64,000 nt of DNA from Albidovulum sp. (GTDB taxonomy: Bacteria; Pseudomonadota; Alphaproteobacteria; Rhodobacterales; Rhodobacteraceae): NCBI GenBank assembly GCA_049646285.1, contig JBARVN010000065.1, forward strand, positions 40 to 64,039, read 5' to 3'. The position numbers were made by a program, and so were the translations under genes. A model generated the notes under the pieces. The model was not told where the DNA came from. It was given only the letters and a program-made list of their open reading frames with translations, and made no database searches. This document shows, piece after piece, positions 37,005-47,422 of the stretch. The first letter of the stretch is position 1. Each line of letters begins with the position of its first letter.

Positions 37005-38030
37005 TCACGCGGAGTCTCGTAAAATCAACCTTCCTTCCAATCGTGTGCTTTTCCAAGGAGATACCTGCCCCTCGATGGCCAAAAAGAGGGCATCAGCCGC
37101 AGTCTGGGAAACAGCGTCGTAATTGTGTGAAATCGTCGTCAGCGGCGGGCAAGTGTAGCGCGAATGCGGGTGACCGTCCTGTCCTGCAACACGAATCGCG
37201 CAGTCGTCGCCACGCCCGACGCGGATGCCTTGCTCATAACAGGCGGTCAGCAGCCCGATGGCCAGACGGTCATTGCTGCACAGGATCGTATTTGTCGAGA
37301 ACCGTCCCTTTGTCAGGGCTTCATGGCCGCCCAGACGCCCAATTTCCTCGAACCCCCAACCCTCACCCTCAACCGAAATGACATCCGGGGTATGACCGAA
37401 TGCCTCCATCGCATTGAGATAGCTTTGCCTGCGGCGATGTGCGTTTGGATTGGCTGGTGTCTTCATTTCGAAAAAGCAAGGCGGCTCGCCCGTCCGGCAC
37501 AGATAGTCGGTGATATGTGCGGTGAACTGGAAATTGTCAGAGCCCACGAATGCAAGGCCGATTTCATCAACGCTGCTGTCGAAGATCAACGTCGGCACGT
37601 CTTTACAAAACGCCTTCAGCGCTTGGCGATCCGACGCGCGCCCCAAAGGGGCCAGCAAGACGCCAGCGGGTTTGAGGGATCGCAATGTATCAAGCACTTC
37701 GACCTCCAGCGCTGGATCCCCGTGTGAGCTGAACAGCGTTGGACGGTAGCCGGCGGCAATACATCTTTGTTCAAGATTGCGCGCGATCTCTGCAAAATAG
37801 GGGTCCGACAGCAGCGGCACCACGACCCCAACGTTCTTTGTCAGCTTTCGGTTCTGGTTCATCGCATAGATGTTGGGCCGGTAGTCATGCCGCTCCAGCG
37901 CCGCTTCGATGCGCGTGCGCGTGCTGGGCCGGACACTGCCCGGGTCATTAAAGTACTTCGACACGGTCGGGCGGGAGATACCGCTGACGCTGGCGAATTC
38001 TTCCATGTTTCTAATTTTGTTGGCTGCCAT
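37005..38030 (-). CDS. LacI family transcriptional regulator
   Basis: N-terminal HTH (IRNMEEFASVSGISRPTVSKYF) plus a periplasmic-binding-protein-like sugar-binding domain. The start is ATG 38030 or 38006. Confidence 0.88.
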   Translation of the reverse strand: MAANKIRNMEEFASVSGISRPTVSKYFNDPGSVRPSTRTRIEAALERHDYRPNIYAMNQNRKLTKNVGVVVPLLSDPYFAEIARNLEQRCIAAGYRPTLFSSHGDPALEVEVLDTLRSLKPAGVLLAPLGRASDRQALKAFCKDVPTLIFDSSVDEIGLAFVGSDNFQFTAHITDYLCRTGEPPCFFEMKTPANPNAHRRRQSYLNAMEAFGHTPDVISVEGEGWGFEEIGRLGGHEALTKGRFSTNTILCSNDRLAIGLLTACYEQGIRVGRGDDCAIRVAGQDGHPHSRYTCPPLTTISHNYDAVSQTAADALFLAIEGQVSPWKSTRLEGRLILRDSA

Positions 38031-38226
38031 CGCCAGTCGCTCCGTCGCATTTCTTTGCCAAATTTCAAATTTATCGCAAAGGCACAATTTCTTGCCGCGC
38101 GCAAAAAATCAACCTTTCATTGTGAATTCTTTATTTGGCGACCGCAGTCCCGCGTGCCGAAGCGGCGCAATACTGCGCTCTTTCGGTGCGCGCACCGGCC
38201 AGTGCGGTCTGTGGCTGCGACTGTCT

Positions 38227-39393
38227 TTACTGCAGGTAGGGCATTGGATCGACGCTGTCGAAACCTTGCCGGACCTCGAAATGCAGGAAGGCAGGATCGG
38301 CCTTGCGCACTTTGGCAATCGTCTGCCCGCGCTTGACCTTGTCACCCTTGGCGACAGTGATCCCGTCAATATTCGCGTAGACGGTCAGCAGGTTGCCTTC
38401 GTGGCGAATGACAAGGATCGGGACCTGATCCGTGTCTTTGGTGATGGCCGCAACCGTACCGTCACCCGCCGCAGCCACGGCTGTTCCAGCGCTGGCGGCA
38501 ATGTCGATGCCTTCGTTCTTTTTCTTTTGATAGGCGCGGATGATCTTGCCCTGCACTGGCAAGGCCAGTTTCGATCCGCCAGAGGCGGCTGTGGCCTGTG
38601 CGCCCAAATCGGGTGACGCCGGGGCTTTGACGGGCGCGGCGGCGGCCTGTGTCTTTTCGGCCGGTAGCGGGGTTGACGCCGATGGTGGCGTCGGCGTGGG
38701 CGAACCTTGGCCCGGAGCCGAAGCGGCTACACTGGTGGCGGGCCTTGCTGCGGCCACAGGGATCAGAAGCGTTTGCCCCTCACGCAGCCCCAGATCGGGG
38801 GGCAGCCCGTTCCAGTCGGCCAGTGCCTTAACATCGACGTTGTAAAGACGCGCTACAGAATAGGCGGTTTCACCGCGTGTGACGCGGTGGCGGATCGGCT
38901 CTGCCGGGCCAATCGTTGTGGAGGGCGCGCTGCCAATCGGGCGGCTTGCGTCGGCCCGGTCGATGGCCCCAGACGCGATAGTGGTCACGTCGATGCCTGT
39001 GTTTGGTGCGCCGGTCAAAGGCGACGGCTCTGCAACCCGCACCGGCAGGGCCAGTACTTCGCCCTCACGCAGAACTGTGCCGGGGGCGATGGCGTTGTGG
39101 CCGGCAAGGTCCGTCACAGGCACCCCGATGCGGGCGGCTACGCTGTCTACTGTGTCGCCACGACGTGCAACTGCAATCTGATAACCGGGATAAGAGATGA
39201 TGCCGCGGGCATCAGCGCCGGGTCGCGCTTGTGTTGCGCGTCCTGCGGCATCGGATGTATCAAGCCCGCCGCTGCGCCCCAATCCGCGCAAATCAAGATC
39301 AAAGCCCCCGCCGGGTTCGCATGCGGCAAGCACAAGCAGACTTGTGCCCATCAACGTGGCGCGTAGAAAGATCTTAGAACCGGAAAAATTCAT
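38227..39393 (-). CDS. nlpD: LysM-domain / M23 peptidase lipoprotein (NlpD-like)
   Basis: Lipobox LVLAAC, two LysM repeats (YQIAVARRGDTVDSVAARIGV, HRVTRGETAYSVARLYNV) and the C-terminal M23 motif GIDIAA...HLHFEVR. Conserved surE-pcm-nlpD order. Confidence 0.88.
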   Translation of the reverse strand: MNFSGSKIFLRATLMGTSLLVLAACEPGGGFDLDLRGLGRSGGLDTSDAAGRATQARPGADARGIISYPGYQIAVARRGDTVDSVAARIGVPVTDLAGHNAIAPGTVLREGEVLALPVRVAEPSPLTGAPNTGIDVTTIASGAIDRADASRPIGSAPSTTIGPAEPIRHRVTRGETAYSVARLYNVDVKALADWNGLPPDLGLREGQTLLIPVAAARPATSVAASAPGQGSPTPTPPSASTPLPAEKTQAAAAPVKAPASPDLGAQATAASGGSKLALPVQGKIIRAYQKKKNEGIDIAASAGTAVAAAGDGTVAAITKDTDQVPILVIRHEGNLLTVYANIDGITVAKGDKVKRGQTIAKVRKADPAFLHFEVRQGFDSVDPMPYLQ

Positions 39394-39451
39394 GCTCGTA
39401 TCCTCATATCAGCTGCCCTGTTGGCCGGGCTTTGCGGGTGTCATGGTGGGC

Positions 39452-40093
39452 TTAGTCCTGCCCCAATCCCTCGACCAGCGGCACAAAGCGCACCTGCCGA
39501 AGCTCTTCGTAATCATATCCGTTGGGTTGGCGCGTGACCTTGATCAGGCTTTGCACCGTGTCTGACTGCCCCACCGGCACAACCATGATACCGCCGATCT
39601 TGAGCTGAGCCAATAGGGGGCCGGGCGGGTCTTCGGCGGCGGCAGAAACGATGATCCGGTCAAACGGGGCCTGATCGGGCAATCCGTGGCTGCCATCTCC
39701 GACAAGGGCGGTGATATTGGTCAGGCCGAGATCGGCAAAAACCGCTTCGGCTTCGCGCACCAGCCGACGGTGCCGGTCGATCGTATAGACCCTGCGCGCA
39801 AGTTCACTGAGGATCGCGGCCTGATAGCCAGAGCCTGTACCCACATCGAGAACCTTGTCGCGCGCGCCAATTTCCAGCGCCTGGGTCATCAACCCCACGA
39901 CGGAAGGCTGGCTGATCGTCTGCCCGCACGCGATTGGCAGCGGCATATCTTCATAAGCGCGTTCCGCGAAATGCCCTTTGACAAAGAGGCCCCGGTCGAT
40001 CTTTTCCATCGCCGTCAGCACACGGGTATCGATCACCCCTTTGGAGCGGAGCGCGTAGAGAAAGCGCATTTTCCGCTCGGCCAGATCGGTCAT
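39452..40093 (-). CDS. pcm: protein-L-isoaspartate O-methyltransferase
   Basis: [17 protein letters not shown] and [13 protein letters not shown] motifs. Confidence 0.93.
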   Translation of the reverse strand: MTDLAERKMRFLYALRSKGVIDTRVLTAMEKIDRGLFVKGHFAERAYEDMPLPIACGQTISQPSVVGLMTQALEIGARDKVLDVGTGSGYQAAILSELARRVYTIDRHRRLVREAEAVFADLGLTNITALVGDGSHGLPDQAPFDRIIVSAAAEDPPGPLLAQLKIGGIMVVPVGQSDTVQSLIKVTRQPNGYDYEELRQVRFVPLVEGLGQD

Positions 40094-40875
40094 GCGAGCT
40101 GTGCCTCTAGTGCCGCCATCGCATCATGTGCGGTCAGGTCTGCGCGCATCGGTGTGATCGAGATGTAGCCTTCAAGATTGACCGCGACATCGGTGCCCGG
40201 CGCGGTTGGGTTATGTTGCGGGCCGCCCTTGATCCACAAAAACTTGCGCCCCGATGGCGACATATGCGGCTCAACACCAAAAAACGTATCCGTGCGGTAA
40301 CCTTGGGCGGCCACTTTATGGCCCTTGACCGCAGCGGCACCGACAGGCGGAAAATTCACATTGTAAAACACGCGGTAGTCTTTTTTGTCCCAAATTCCCT
40401 TGTCCAGAAGAGTGCGCACAAGTGCCACCCCATGCTCGCGGGCCGCTTCAAACGGATCGTCAAGGGCTTGGGTCGCGGGGCCCATGAATTGCGAAAGCGC
40501 GATTGCGGGAAGGCCCTGAAGCGCCGCTTCCATCGCGCCGCCGATTGTACCGGAATAGAGCGTGTTTTCGGCCGAGTTATTGCCCCGGTTCACACCTGAC
40601 AGCACCAGATCGGGCCGCGCATCTTCCATCACATCGTAAAGCCCGGCCAGCACACAATCCGCAGGGCTCCCTTCGGCGGCATAACGCCGCTCGCTCAGTT
40701 TCGCGATCATCATCGGATGGGTGTAGCTGATACAATGGCCGACGCCCGATTGTTCGAACGCGGGGGCGACGGTCCAGACCTCGCCCGCCGGCCCTGCAAT
40801 CTCGGTGGCGATCTTCGTCAAGACGTCAAGCCCCGGGGCGTTGATCCCGTCGTCATTCGTGATGAGAATGCGCAT
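40090..40875 (-). CDS. surE: 5'/3'-nucleotidase SurE
   Basis: [16 protein letters not shown] and SGVNRGNN motifs. ATGA overlap with pcm. Confidence 0.95.
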   Translation of the reverse strand: MRILITNDDGINAPGLDVLTKIATEIAGPAGEVWTVAPAFEQSGVGHCISYTHPMMIAKLSERRYAAEGSPADCVLAGLYDVMEDARPDLVLSGVNRGNNSAENTLYSGTIGGAMEAALQGLPAIALSQFMGPATQALDDPFEAAREHGVALVRTLLDKGIWDKKDYRVFYNVNFPPVGAAAVKGHKVAAQGYRTDTFFGVEPHMSPSGRKFLWIKGGPQHNPTAPGTDVAVNLEGYISITPMRADLTAHDAMAALEAQLA

Positions 40876-40941
40876 AGTTGCCCCTTATCTGCTTTGGCTT
40901 TTGTTTAGCGGTCCGGGGCCGGGGCGGCAAGCACGCAGCCG

Positions 40942-41565
40942 TCAAAGCGGTGCGATTGCGTAGTAGCCGGCACTGGTGCGTGCGGGAGGGCCATGCACAA
41001 ACGGGATATGTTGGGCGATTTTGAACCCGGCGGTGGTAAGCAGGTTCAGAACATATGCCGGGCGCATGGCCCGGTTCTTCCAACGCAAGCGGATGAGAGC
41101 GGTGCACCAATGCGGTTTACTGATGGCCAGAACGATCCGGCCACCCGGGGTCAAATGCCTGCATGCCCATTGAAGGGCTGCGGCTGGATCATCCAAATGC
41201 TCAAAGACATGAGCTGCCAAAATCAAATCGAACCGGCATCCCAGCTCCGCGCCGATCGGAAGGTTACAAACGGCCAGATCGGGCACGCGGCCCTGCAAAC
41301 GGCTTTTCGCGACACATAGCATCGGAACAGAAAGATCAAGTAAGGTCAGACGGTCAGGCCGGTTATGTCCTGCATCCAACAAGGCCTCGGAAAATGCGCC
41401 GGTTCCGCATCCAATATCGAGGGTGGACGTAGCCTGCATTTCAGGCATGCACCTGAAGAGATGCTGGTACGCCCTTGGATATCCTAACCTTTCCAATCCG
41501 AACTGCCACCTAGTGGCGATACGATCATAGGCCGTTATCAGGTTGAGGGCGCTTTTATTCAGCAT
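40942..41565 (-). CDS. class I SAM-dependent methyltransferase
   Basis: Motif I LDIGCGTGAFSE with Rossmann-type spacing. Confidence 0.8.
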   Translation of the reverse strand: MLNKSALNLITAYDRIATRWQFGLERLGYPRAYQHLFRCMPEMQATSTLDIGCGTGAFSEALLDAGHNRPDRLTLLDLSVPMLCVAKSRLQGRVPDLAVCNLPIGAELGCRFDLILAAHVFEHLDDPAAALQWACRHLTPGGRIVLAISKPHWCTALIRLRWKNRAMRPAYVLNLLTTAGFKIAQHIPFVHGPPARTSAGYYAIAPL

Positions 41566-41624
41566 GCGTTGCCATCTCCGGTATAGTCAATTAACTTGAC
41601 GATATCGCGCGACACTGGAGGCGG

Positions 41625-42074
41625 TCAAGTTTCTTGACTATAAGTCGCCACATCTGACAGCAACTGCCTTAAGATGCGCAGCGGTGCGTCACCCAAAAGC
41701 ACTCCCAGCTCGGTTTCGATCTGCTGCTTGATCTGGTCTGCATCATCCATCGCGGCCAATCCTTTTTCGGTCGGCACCACCCGCTTTTGCCTTTGGTCGG
41801 CGGGCATGGGTTCGCGCCGCAAAATGCCGTCCTTTTCCAGCGCTTCAAGATGTTGCTGAACGGCCTGTTTGGTCAGTTTTGCGCGAGAGACAATCGTGGA
41901 TTGGGCAATGCCGGTGCGAGGGATGTATTGAAGAAGACGGCCGCGCGCTTCGCCAAACCATGTGTGGCCGGCCGCCACCATGCGAAATGTGAACGCCGTT
42001 TCCCAGGTGCGGGCGGCGCGCACCAAATCCCATCCGATGTGGTCGGCCGGAGCGGGGCGTGGTCTATCGGCCAT
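41625..42074 (-). CDS. MarR family transcriptional regulator
   Basis: Winged-helix region (IAQSTIVSRAKLTKQAVQQHLEALEKDGILRR). 149 aa. Confidence 0.85.
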   Translation of the reverse strand: MADRPRPAPADHIGWDLVRAARTWETAFTFRMVAAGHTWFGEARGRLLQYIPRTGIAQSTIVSRAKLTKQAVQQHLEALEKDGILRREPMPADQRQKRVVPTEKGLAAMDDADQIKQQIETELGVLLGDAPLRILRQLLSDVATYSQET

Positions 42075-42124
42075 GGCGTCTGCACCCTTGTGGTTCGTGG
42101 TCGACCCCGGACCCGGACATAGGG

Positions 42125-42784
42125 TCAGCCCAAAGCGGCGACAAGGCGAGCGGCTTCTGCTTCAGTGGTGCGCAGGGCGCTACGATCTTCGCCCGGGAAA
42201 AAACGGGCACGTGTGGCGGTGGGCATTGGCGCGGGCGTTTCGATCAATACGCGCGGCCCGATCTTGGCGCATTCGGCCTGCCAGCTGCGCGCAAGCGCGA
42301 TCTGGGCGGCCTTAGTCGCCCCATATGCGCCAAAGAATTTTTCGCCGCCGCGCGGGTCGTCTAGGAAAAGTGCCGTGCCGTTTGCCGCACGCAGCAAGGG
42401 TTCCAGCATGGGGATCAACGATGCCGTGGCGCGCAGGTTGCAGGTAACCGACTTGTCAAAATCCTTCGGATCCAGATGCCCTGCCGGGCTAAGCGGGGGC
42501 GCGTGAATGGCGGTATGGACCCACAGCCCGAGGCTGCCCCAGCGCGCGGCAATAGACCCCGCCAGATGCGCCATGGCCTTGTCGTCGGTCACGTCAAGGG
42601 GCGCAAGCGTGGCGGTGCCGCCTGCCGCCTTGATCTGGTCGTCAAGCTCTTCCAGCCCGCCGGTGGTGCGGGCCACGGCCAAAACATGCCAGCCTTGCGC
42701 GCCAAGCGCTGAAGCGACGGCAAAGCCCAACCCGCGCGAGGCACCGGTCACAAGGGCAAGTTTGGGTTCTAATTTCTCAGTCAT
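42125..42784 (-). CDS. SDR family oxidoreductase
   Basis: LVTGASRGLG cofactor motif and YGATKAA catalytic motif. Start is 42784 or 42799. Confidence 0.85.
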   Translation of the reverse strand: MTEKLEPKLALVTGASRGLGFAVASALGAQGWHVLAVARTTGGLEELDDQIKAAGGTATLAPLDVTDDKAMAHLAGSIAARWGSLGLWVHTAIHAPPLSPAGHLDPKDFDKSVTCNLRATASLIPMLEPLLRAANGTALFLDDPRGGEKFFGAYGATKAAQIALARSWQAECAKIGPRVLIETPAPMPTATRARFFPGEDRSALRTTEAEAARLVAALG

Positions 42785-42891
42785 GCGCCCATTTCGCATT
42801 CAGCGCCGCCTTGCGCAACTGAATTGATCGGACATTGTGCCGCGCTGCCGCAGTTGCCGTCACCTCAGCGCTTTTAGGGGCATGTTCCCAG

Positions 42892-44355
42892 CTATTCCGC
42901 CGCCTTCATCTCAAATCCCTTCGCGATCTGATCCGAAGGGGTCACGGGGTATTCGCCGGAAAAGCAGGCGTCGCAGTATTGCGGGCTGGCCTTGTCGCGG
43001 CCGTTCGCCTCGCCCGCGGCGCGGTAAAGACCGTCGAGCGAGATGAATTTGAGGCTGTCGACCCCGATCCAGTCGCGCATCTGATCTTCCGACATCGTGG
43101 CGGCCAGCAGTTTGTCGCGGTCGGGCGTATCGACGCCGTAGAAGCAGGGCCATGCCGTGGGGGGGGAGGCGATGCGAAAGTGGACTTCGGCCGCACCGGC
43201 ATCAAGGATCATTTCGCGGATCTTGATCGAGGTGGTGCCGCGCACAACACTGTCATCCACCAAAATCACCCGCTTGCCCTTGATCAGCGCCCGGTTGACG
43301 TTGAGCTTGAGGCGCACACCCATATTGCGGATCTGCTCTGTCGGCTCGATGAACGTGCGGCCCATATATTGGTTGCGGATGATCCCCATTGCATAGGGGA
43401 TACCGCTTTCCTGACTATAGCCGATGGCCGCAGGCGTGCCGCTGTCGGGCACCGGGCAAACAAGATCGGCGTCAACTGGCGCTTCCCGAGCCAATTCAAC
43501 CCCGATCTGGCGGCGGGTTTCATAGACGGAGCGCCCACCAAGGATGCTGTCTGGGCGCGAAAAATACACATGTTCGAAAATGCAAAACCTGGATTTGGCC
43601 TGCCCAAAGGGGCGCGAACTGATCACTTTTCCCTTGGAGATGACCACCATTTCGCCCGGCTCGATTTCGCGCACGAAATCTGCGCCGATGATATCTAGCC
43701 CGCAGGTTTCCGACGAGAGAGCATAGCCTTCGTCACCAAGCTTGCCCAGAACAAGGGGGCGTACACCCAAAGCGTCGCGCACGCCGATCAGCTTGGTGCG
43801 CGTCATGGCGATCACGGAAAACGCGCCTTCGACGGCCCGCAGGGCATCTTTCATTCGTTCAGGGATGTTCTTTTGGATGGAACGCGCCATCAGGTGGATG
43901 ATGCATTCGCTGTCCGAAGAGGATTGGAAGATTGCCCCACGCTCGATCAGATCCCGGCGCAGGCTGGTGGCATTGGTGATGTTGCCATTATGGGCGATGG
44001 CACATCCACCCATGGAAAATTCACCAAAGAAGGGCTGCACGTCGCGGATCTGTGTGCTGCCTTTGGAGCCTGCCGTAGAATAGCGCACATGCCCAATGGC
44101 CAGCGCACCCGGCAGTGTTTCCATCAGGCTGGCTTTGGTGAAATTGTCGCGCACATAGCCAAAGCGACGGGCAGAGTTGAAGCCTTCCTCGGCCTCGTAT
44201 GACACGATGCCTCCTGCCTCTTGTCCGCGGTGTTGAAGGGCATGCAGGCCCAGAGCCACGAAATTAGCGGCATCGGCAACGCCGATCACGCCGAAAACGC
44301 CGCATTCCTCCTTCAACTTGTCATCATCGAAGGGGTGGGCGATGTGTGGGCGCAT
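42892..44355 (-). CDS. purF: amidophosphoribosyltransferase
   Basis: ECGVFGVIG Ntn-nucleophile region after a short propeptide, PRPP-binding VILVDDSVVRGTT, C-terminal Fe-S cysteines. Confidence 0.97.
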   Translation of the reverse strand: MRPHIAHPFDDDKLKEECGVFGVIGVADAANFVALGLHALQHRGQEAGGIVSYEAEEGFNSARRFGYVRDNFTKASLMETLPGALAIGHVRYSTAGSKGSTQIRDVQPFFGEFSMGGCAIAHNGNITNATSLRRDLIERGAIFQSSSDSECIIHLMARSIQKNIPERMKDALRAVEGAFSVIAMTRTKLIGVRDALGVRPLVLGKLGDEGYALSSETCGLDIIGADFVREIEPGEMVVISKGKVISSRPFGQAKSRFCIFEHVYFSRPDSILGGRSVYETRRQIGVELAREAPVDADLVCPVPDSGTPAAIGYSQESGIPYAMGIIRNQYMGRTFIEPTEQIRNMGVRLKLNVNRALIKGKRVILVDDSVVRGTTSIKIREMILDAGAAEVHFRIASPPTAWPCFYGVDTPDRDKLLAATMSEDQMRDWIGVDSLKFISLDGLYRAAGEANGRDKASPQYCDACFSGEYPVTPSDQIAKGFEMKAAE

Positions 44356-44456
44356 GGGCCAAGTCTCCGAATCCGGGGGGCGGGTTCCGCCCTTCGTTTA
44401 GTCCCTTGCGTAGCCAGTGTCACGCCTATGTCACGTAGATGTGGTGGAAACCTTGG

Positions 44457-45059
44457 TTAGTTGGCAGTTGTGGGTGCGGTCAGGTCACTTGCAGGCACCG
44501 AAACTGCGCCGCCACAACCGGCCACCAGCTGGGAATAGCGCGCCTCAAGCCAGCCGGGTGCATCTTGGGGCAGCTGCGCTTCGAGGTCTGATGAGAAGGA
44601 GGCGAATATCTCTGCAGATTTCGATTTGTCCACGACCGGGATAGATGAGCCAGCCAGCGCACGGTCATAGACCACGAAAGCAATGGCCACCAACAATATG
44701 CCCCGCAAGACCCCGAACAGAAATCCCAGCCCCTGATCTATGCCGCCCAATGCGGATCTGCGTACAGCGGACGAGAAAAGCGGAGTAAAGATCGACATCA
44801 CGATCAGCGCCAGAACCAGCACACTGGCAAATGCGACGATGGTCGAGATTTCGCAATTGTCACCAAGATACTTTTCGATGACCGGGACCTGCTTGATCAG
44901 CGGGACCGCTTGCGGCGCGAAAATAAAGGCCACGACAGCGGCCGCCACCCAGCCCGCGATCGCCAGCACTTCGCGTACGACGCCGCGGCTATAGGCCAGA
45001 ATTGCCGACATCAACAGGATGACCGCCACCACTGCGTCTACAATCGTGAAACCTTCCAT
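44457..45059 (-). CDS. cvpA: CvpA family membrane protein
   Basis: Four-TM CvpA pattern. Conserved radA-cvpA-purF synteny. Start set at ATG 45059 with an AGGAG RBS. Confidence 0.85.
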   Translation of the reverse strand: MEGFTIVDAVVAVILLMSAILAYSRGVVREVLAIAGWVAAAVVAFIFAPQAVPLIKQVPVIEKYLGDNCEISTIVAFASVLVLALIVMSIFTPLFSSAVRRSALGGIDQGLGFLFGVLRGILLVAIAFVVYDRALAGSSIPVVDKSKSAEIFASFSSDLEAQLPQDAPGWLEARYSQLVAGCGGAVSVPASDLTAPTTAN

Positions 45060-45076
45060 GCTCTCGCTCCTCATTC

Positions 45077-46444
45077 TCACCCAGCGGCGAACATCTCACC
45101 GACAAAGGTTGTTAGATCGGGCATCTTACGCACCCGCATTGCGTCACCCGCCTCGTATTTTGAACGGTCCGGGGCGACTGCCTGTGAGAAACCAAGTTTT
45201 TGCGCTTCTTTCAACCTGTTTTCGGTTTGACCGACCGGTCTGAGCGCTCCTGAGAGACTTATTTCTCCGAAAACCACCATATCTGGCGGTAAAGCCACAT
45301 CTTCTCGGGCCGATAATAGCGCGGCGGCGACCGCAAGATCGGCGGCGGGTTCTGAGACTCGCATGCCGCCGGCCACATTCAAAAACACATCCAGCCCGGC
45401 AAACGGGATGCCGCAGCGGCTTTCCAGTACGGCCAGAATAGTCGACAGACGTCCGCTGTCCAACCCGACGACAGTGCGCCGCGGTGTGCCCAAGTTTGAC
45501 GGCGCGACCAGTGCCTGAATTTCGGTCAACACGGGCCGTGTGCCTTCGATGCCCGCAAAAACCGCTGATCCGGGGCTGGCCTGCCCGCGTTCTGACAAAA
45601 ACAGCGCCGAGGGGTTGGCGACTTCGGCCAACCCGCCTCCGGTCATCTCAAACACGCCGATTTCATCTGCTGGGCCAAAGCGGTTCTTGACGGCGCGCAG
45701 GATGCGGAACTGGTGCCCGCGTTCGCCTTCGAAATAAAGCACCGTATCGACCATATGCTCGACCACGCGCGGGCCTGCAATCTGACCGTCTTTGGTGACG
45801 TGGCCCACAAGAATGATCGCGGTGCCGCGCTTTTTGGCGAAACTCACCAGCTCATGCGCGGCGGCACGTACCTGAGACACCGAGCCGGGTGCCGAGTCGA
45901 CATGATCAGCCCACATCGTCTGGATCGAATCGATCACCGCAAGGGCAGGGCGGGTGGCGTCCAAAGTGGTCAGGATGTCGCGCAGATTGGTTTCCGCCGC
46001 GAGATGTACCGGTGCGTCAGCAAGGCCCAACCTTTGGGCGCGCATACGCACCTGCGCGGATGCTTCTTCGCCCGACACATAAAGGCACGACAGCCCGGTG
46101 CGTGCAAAACTGGCCGCTGCCTGCAACAGAAGTGTAGATTTGCCAATGCCCGGATCGCCACCAACCAAAATCGCCGAAGCGGGCACCAATCCGCCCCCAA
46201 GCACGCGGTCCAGCTCATTCATGCCCGATGCGGCGCGCGGCGGAGGGGCTTCTTTGGTGGCCAAGGTCGTCAACTCAATCCGGCGGCCCTTTGCAGCCCC
46301 TAAGGATTTCGTGGCCGGACCTGCACTTAGCGGCACGTCTTCGACGATTGAATTCCATCCACCGCAGCCGTCGCAGCGCCCGGTCCACTTCTTATGGACT
46401 GCGCCGCATTCGGTGCACGAATATGAGGGACCTGCTTTTGCCAT
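45077..46444 (-). CDS. radA: DNA repair protein RadA
   Basis: Zinc finger CTECGAVHKKWTGRCDGCGGWNS, Walker A GDPGIGKSTLLLQ, KNRFG motif, Lon-like C-terminal domain. Confidence 0.97.
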   Translation of the reverse strand: MAKAGPSYSCTECGAVHKKWTGRCDGCGGWNSIVEDVPLSAGPATKSLGAAKGRRIELTTLATKEAPPPRAASGMNELDRVLGGGLVPASAILVGGDPGIGKSTLLLQAAASFARTGLSCLYVSGEEASAQVRMRAQRLGLADAPVHLAAETNLRDILTTLDATRPALAVIDSIQTMWADHVDSAPGSVSQVRAAAHELVSFAKKRGTAIILVGHVTKDGQIAGPRVVEHMVDTVLYFEGERGHQFRILRAVKNRFGPADEIGVFEMTGGGLAEVANPSALFLSERGQASPGSAVFAGIEGTRPVLTEIQALVAPSNLGTPRRTVVGLDSGRLSTILAVLESRCGIPFAGLDVFLNVAGGMRVSEPAADLAVAAALLSAREDVALPPDMVVFGEISLSGALRPVGQTENRLKEAQKLGFSQAVAPDRSKYEAGDAMRVRKMPDLTTFVGEMFAAG

Positions 46445-46525
46445 GCGCCCTTCCTGCCCGATGGCGCGTGGTGCTGCAAGGGCGTCTGTGCGTGCCGTCC
46501 GGTCGGTGGCCTGGGCTGGGCGGCA

Positions 46526-46972
46526 CTACCCGGCTTTTGCCCGGTGTCCTGCGCTTTCGGTCAGATGCGATATCATGAGGCTGGCCAGAATACAGGCACT
46601 GAAAAGGTATAGGCCCCATGCTGTTTCCAGCCGCCCCATGCCGATGCCTTTGGCCAGCACGATATAAAGCGAGATAAGAAATATATCCGCCATCGCAAGC
46701 CGCCCAAGCACATGCAACACGCCTAAGATGCGCGGTGAGGCCAGTCTGAACTGCACCAATGCCAACCCGATGGTTTTCATATAGGGCGCGAAGACTGCAA
46801 GAAATGTCACCAGCAATGCCAGAATAACGTCTTTTTCCCACAGCGCTTGAAGGCCGGTGATGACCGAGATCTCATCGAGATCAAAAAACGGCAAAAGCCC
46901 CGCACGAAGCAACGGCGCAAACCACGACAGCGGCAGAAGGATCAGAAGGGATAAATTGGCAAACCGAAGCAT
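46526..46972 (-). CDS. PqiA-like (paraquat-inducible protein A family) single-module membrane protein
   Basis: 148 aa, about 4 TM. LGRLAMADIFLISLYIVLAKG resembles the PqiA WSM-DVF segment. This is about half the size of the two-module E. coli PqiA. Confidence 0.6.
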   Translation of the reverse strand: MLRFANLSLLILLPLSWFAPLLRAGLLPFFDLDEISVITGLQALWEKDVILALLVTFLAVFAPYMKTIGLALVQFRLASPRILGVLHVLGRLAMADIFLISLYIVLAKGIGMGRLETAWGLYLFSACILASLMISHLTESAGHRAKAG

Positions 46973-47011
46973 ATTTCGCTGCTACAGCATGTCTTGGCCG
47001 CAGCCAAGAGG

Positions 47012-47338
47012 TTAGTAAACCAGCCGTCGCTTCCGACGGCGAAACGCAAAGACAAAGAACAGCCACAGCCAAAAACACAACCACGCCAGCGCCATGGCGA
47101 TGCCTTGGTGGGTTCTCAATTCAGGGTCGTTGCCGCCACCCACGGTCAGAATGACAAGGTTGGTCAAAAACGCGACCACCGAAAACACCGCAGCGATTGC
47201 AGGCCAGATACCTTTGTAGCCACGACGGCGCACGCTGGCCGCGCGCCGGAACGTGACCCGGAGACTGAGGAGCGGTGGAATACAGAACAAAGCAAACAGA
47301 ACTAGATGAGCAGGCAACGCGCCCTGAGCCGACATCAT
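47012..47338 (-). CDS. hypothetical small membrane protein (108 aa)
   Basis: Three hydrophobic segments and Arg-rich loops, co-directional between mlaF-like and pqiA-like genes. No family recognised. Coding status is less certain. Confidence 0.45.
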   Translation of the reverse strand: MMSAQGALPAHLVLFALFCIPPLLSLRVTFRRAASVRRRGYKGIWPAIAAVFSVVAFLTNLVILTVGGGNDPELRTHQGIAMALAWLCFWLWLFFVFAFRRRKRRLVY

Positions 47339-47422
47339 CGATCGCCTCCAGCTTATTGAAATCTGTAAGAGAATTAAACTAGGCGTTCACGCCATGATTG
47401 TCAAATTTGGGGCCGGCGGGGA

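Noticed and set aside
42892-44355. 17-residue N-terminal extension before the catalytic Cys of PurF (MRPHIAHPFDDDKLKEEC...), considered as a mis-called start.
   Set aside because: Propeptide-bearing PurF enzymes that are autoprocessed to expose Cys1 are well established. There is no in-frame start immediately before the Cys.
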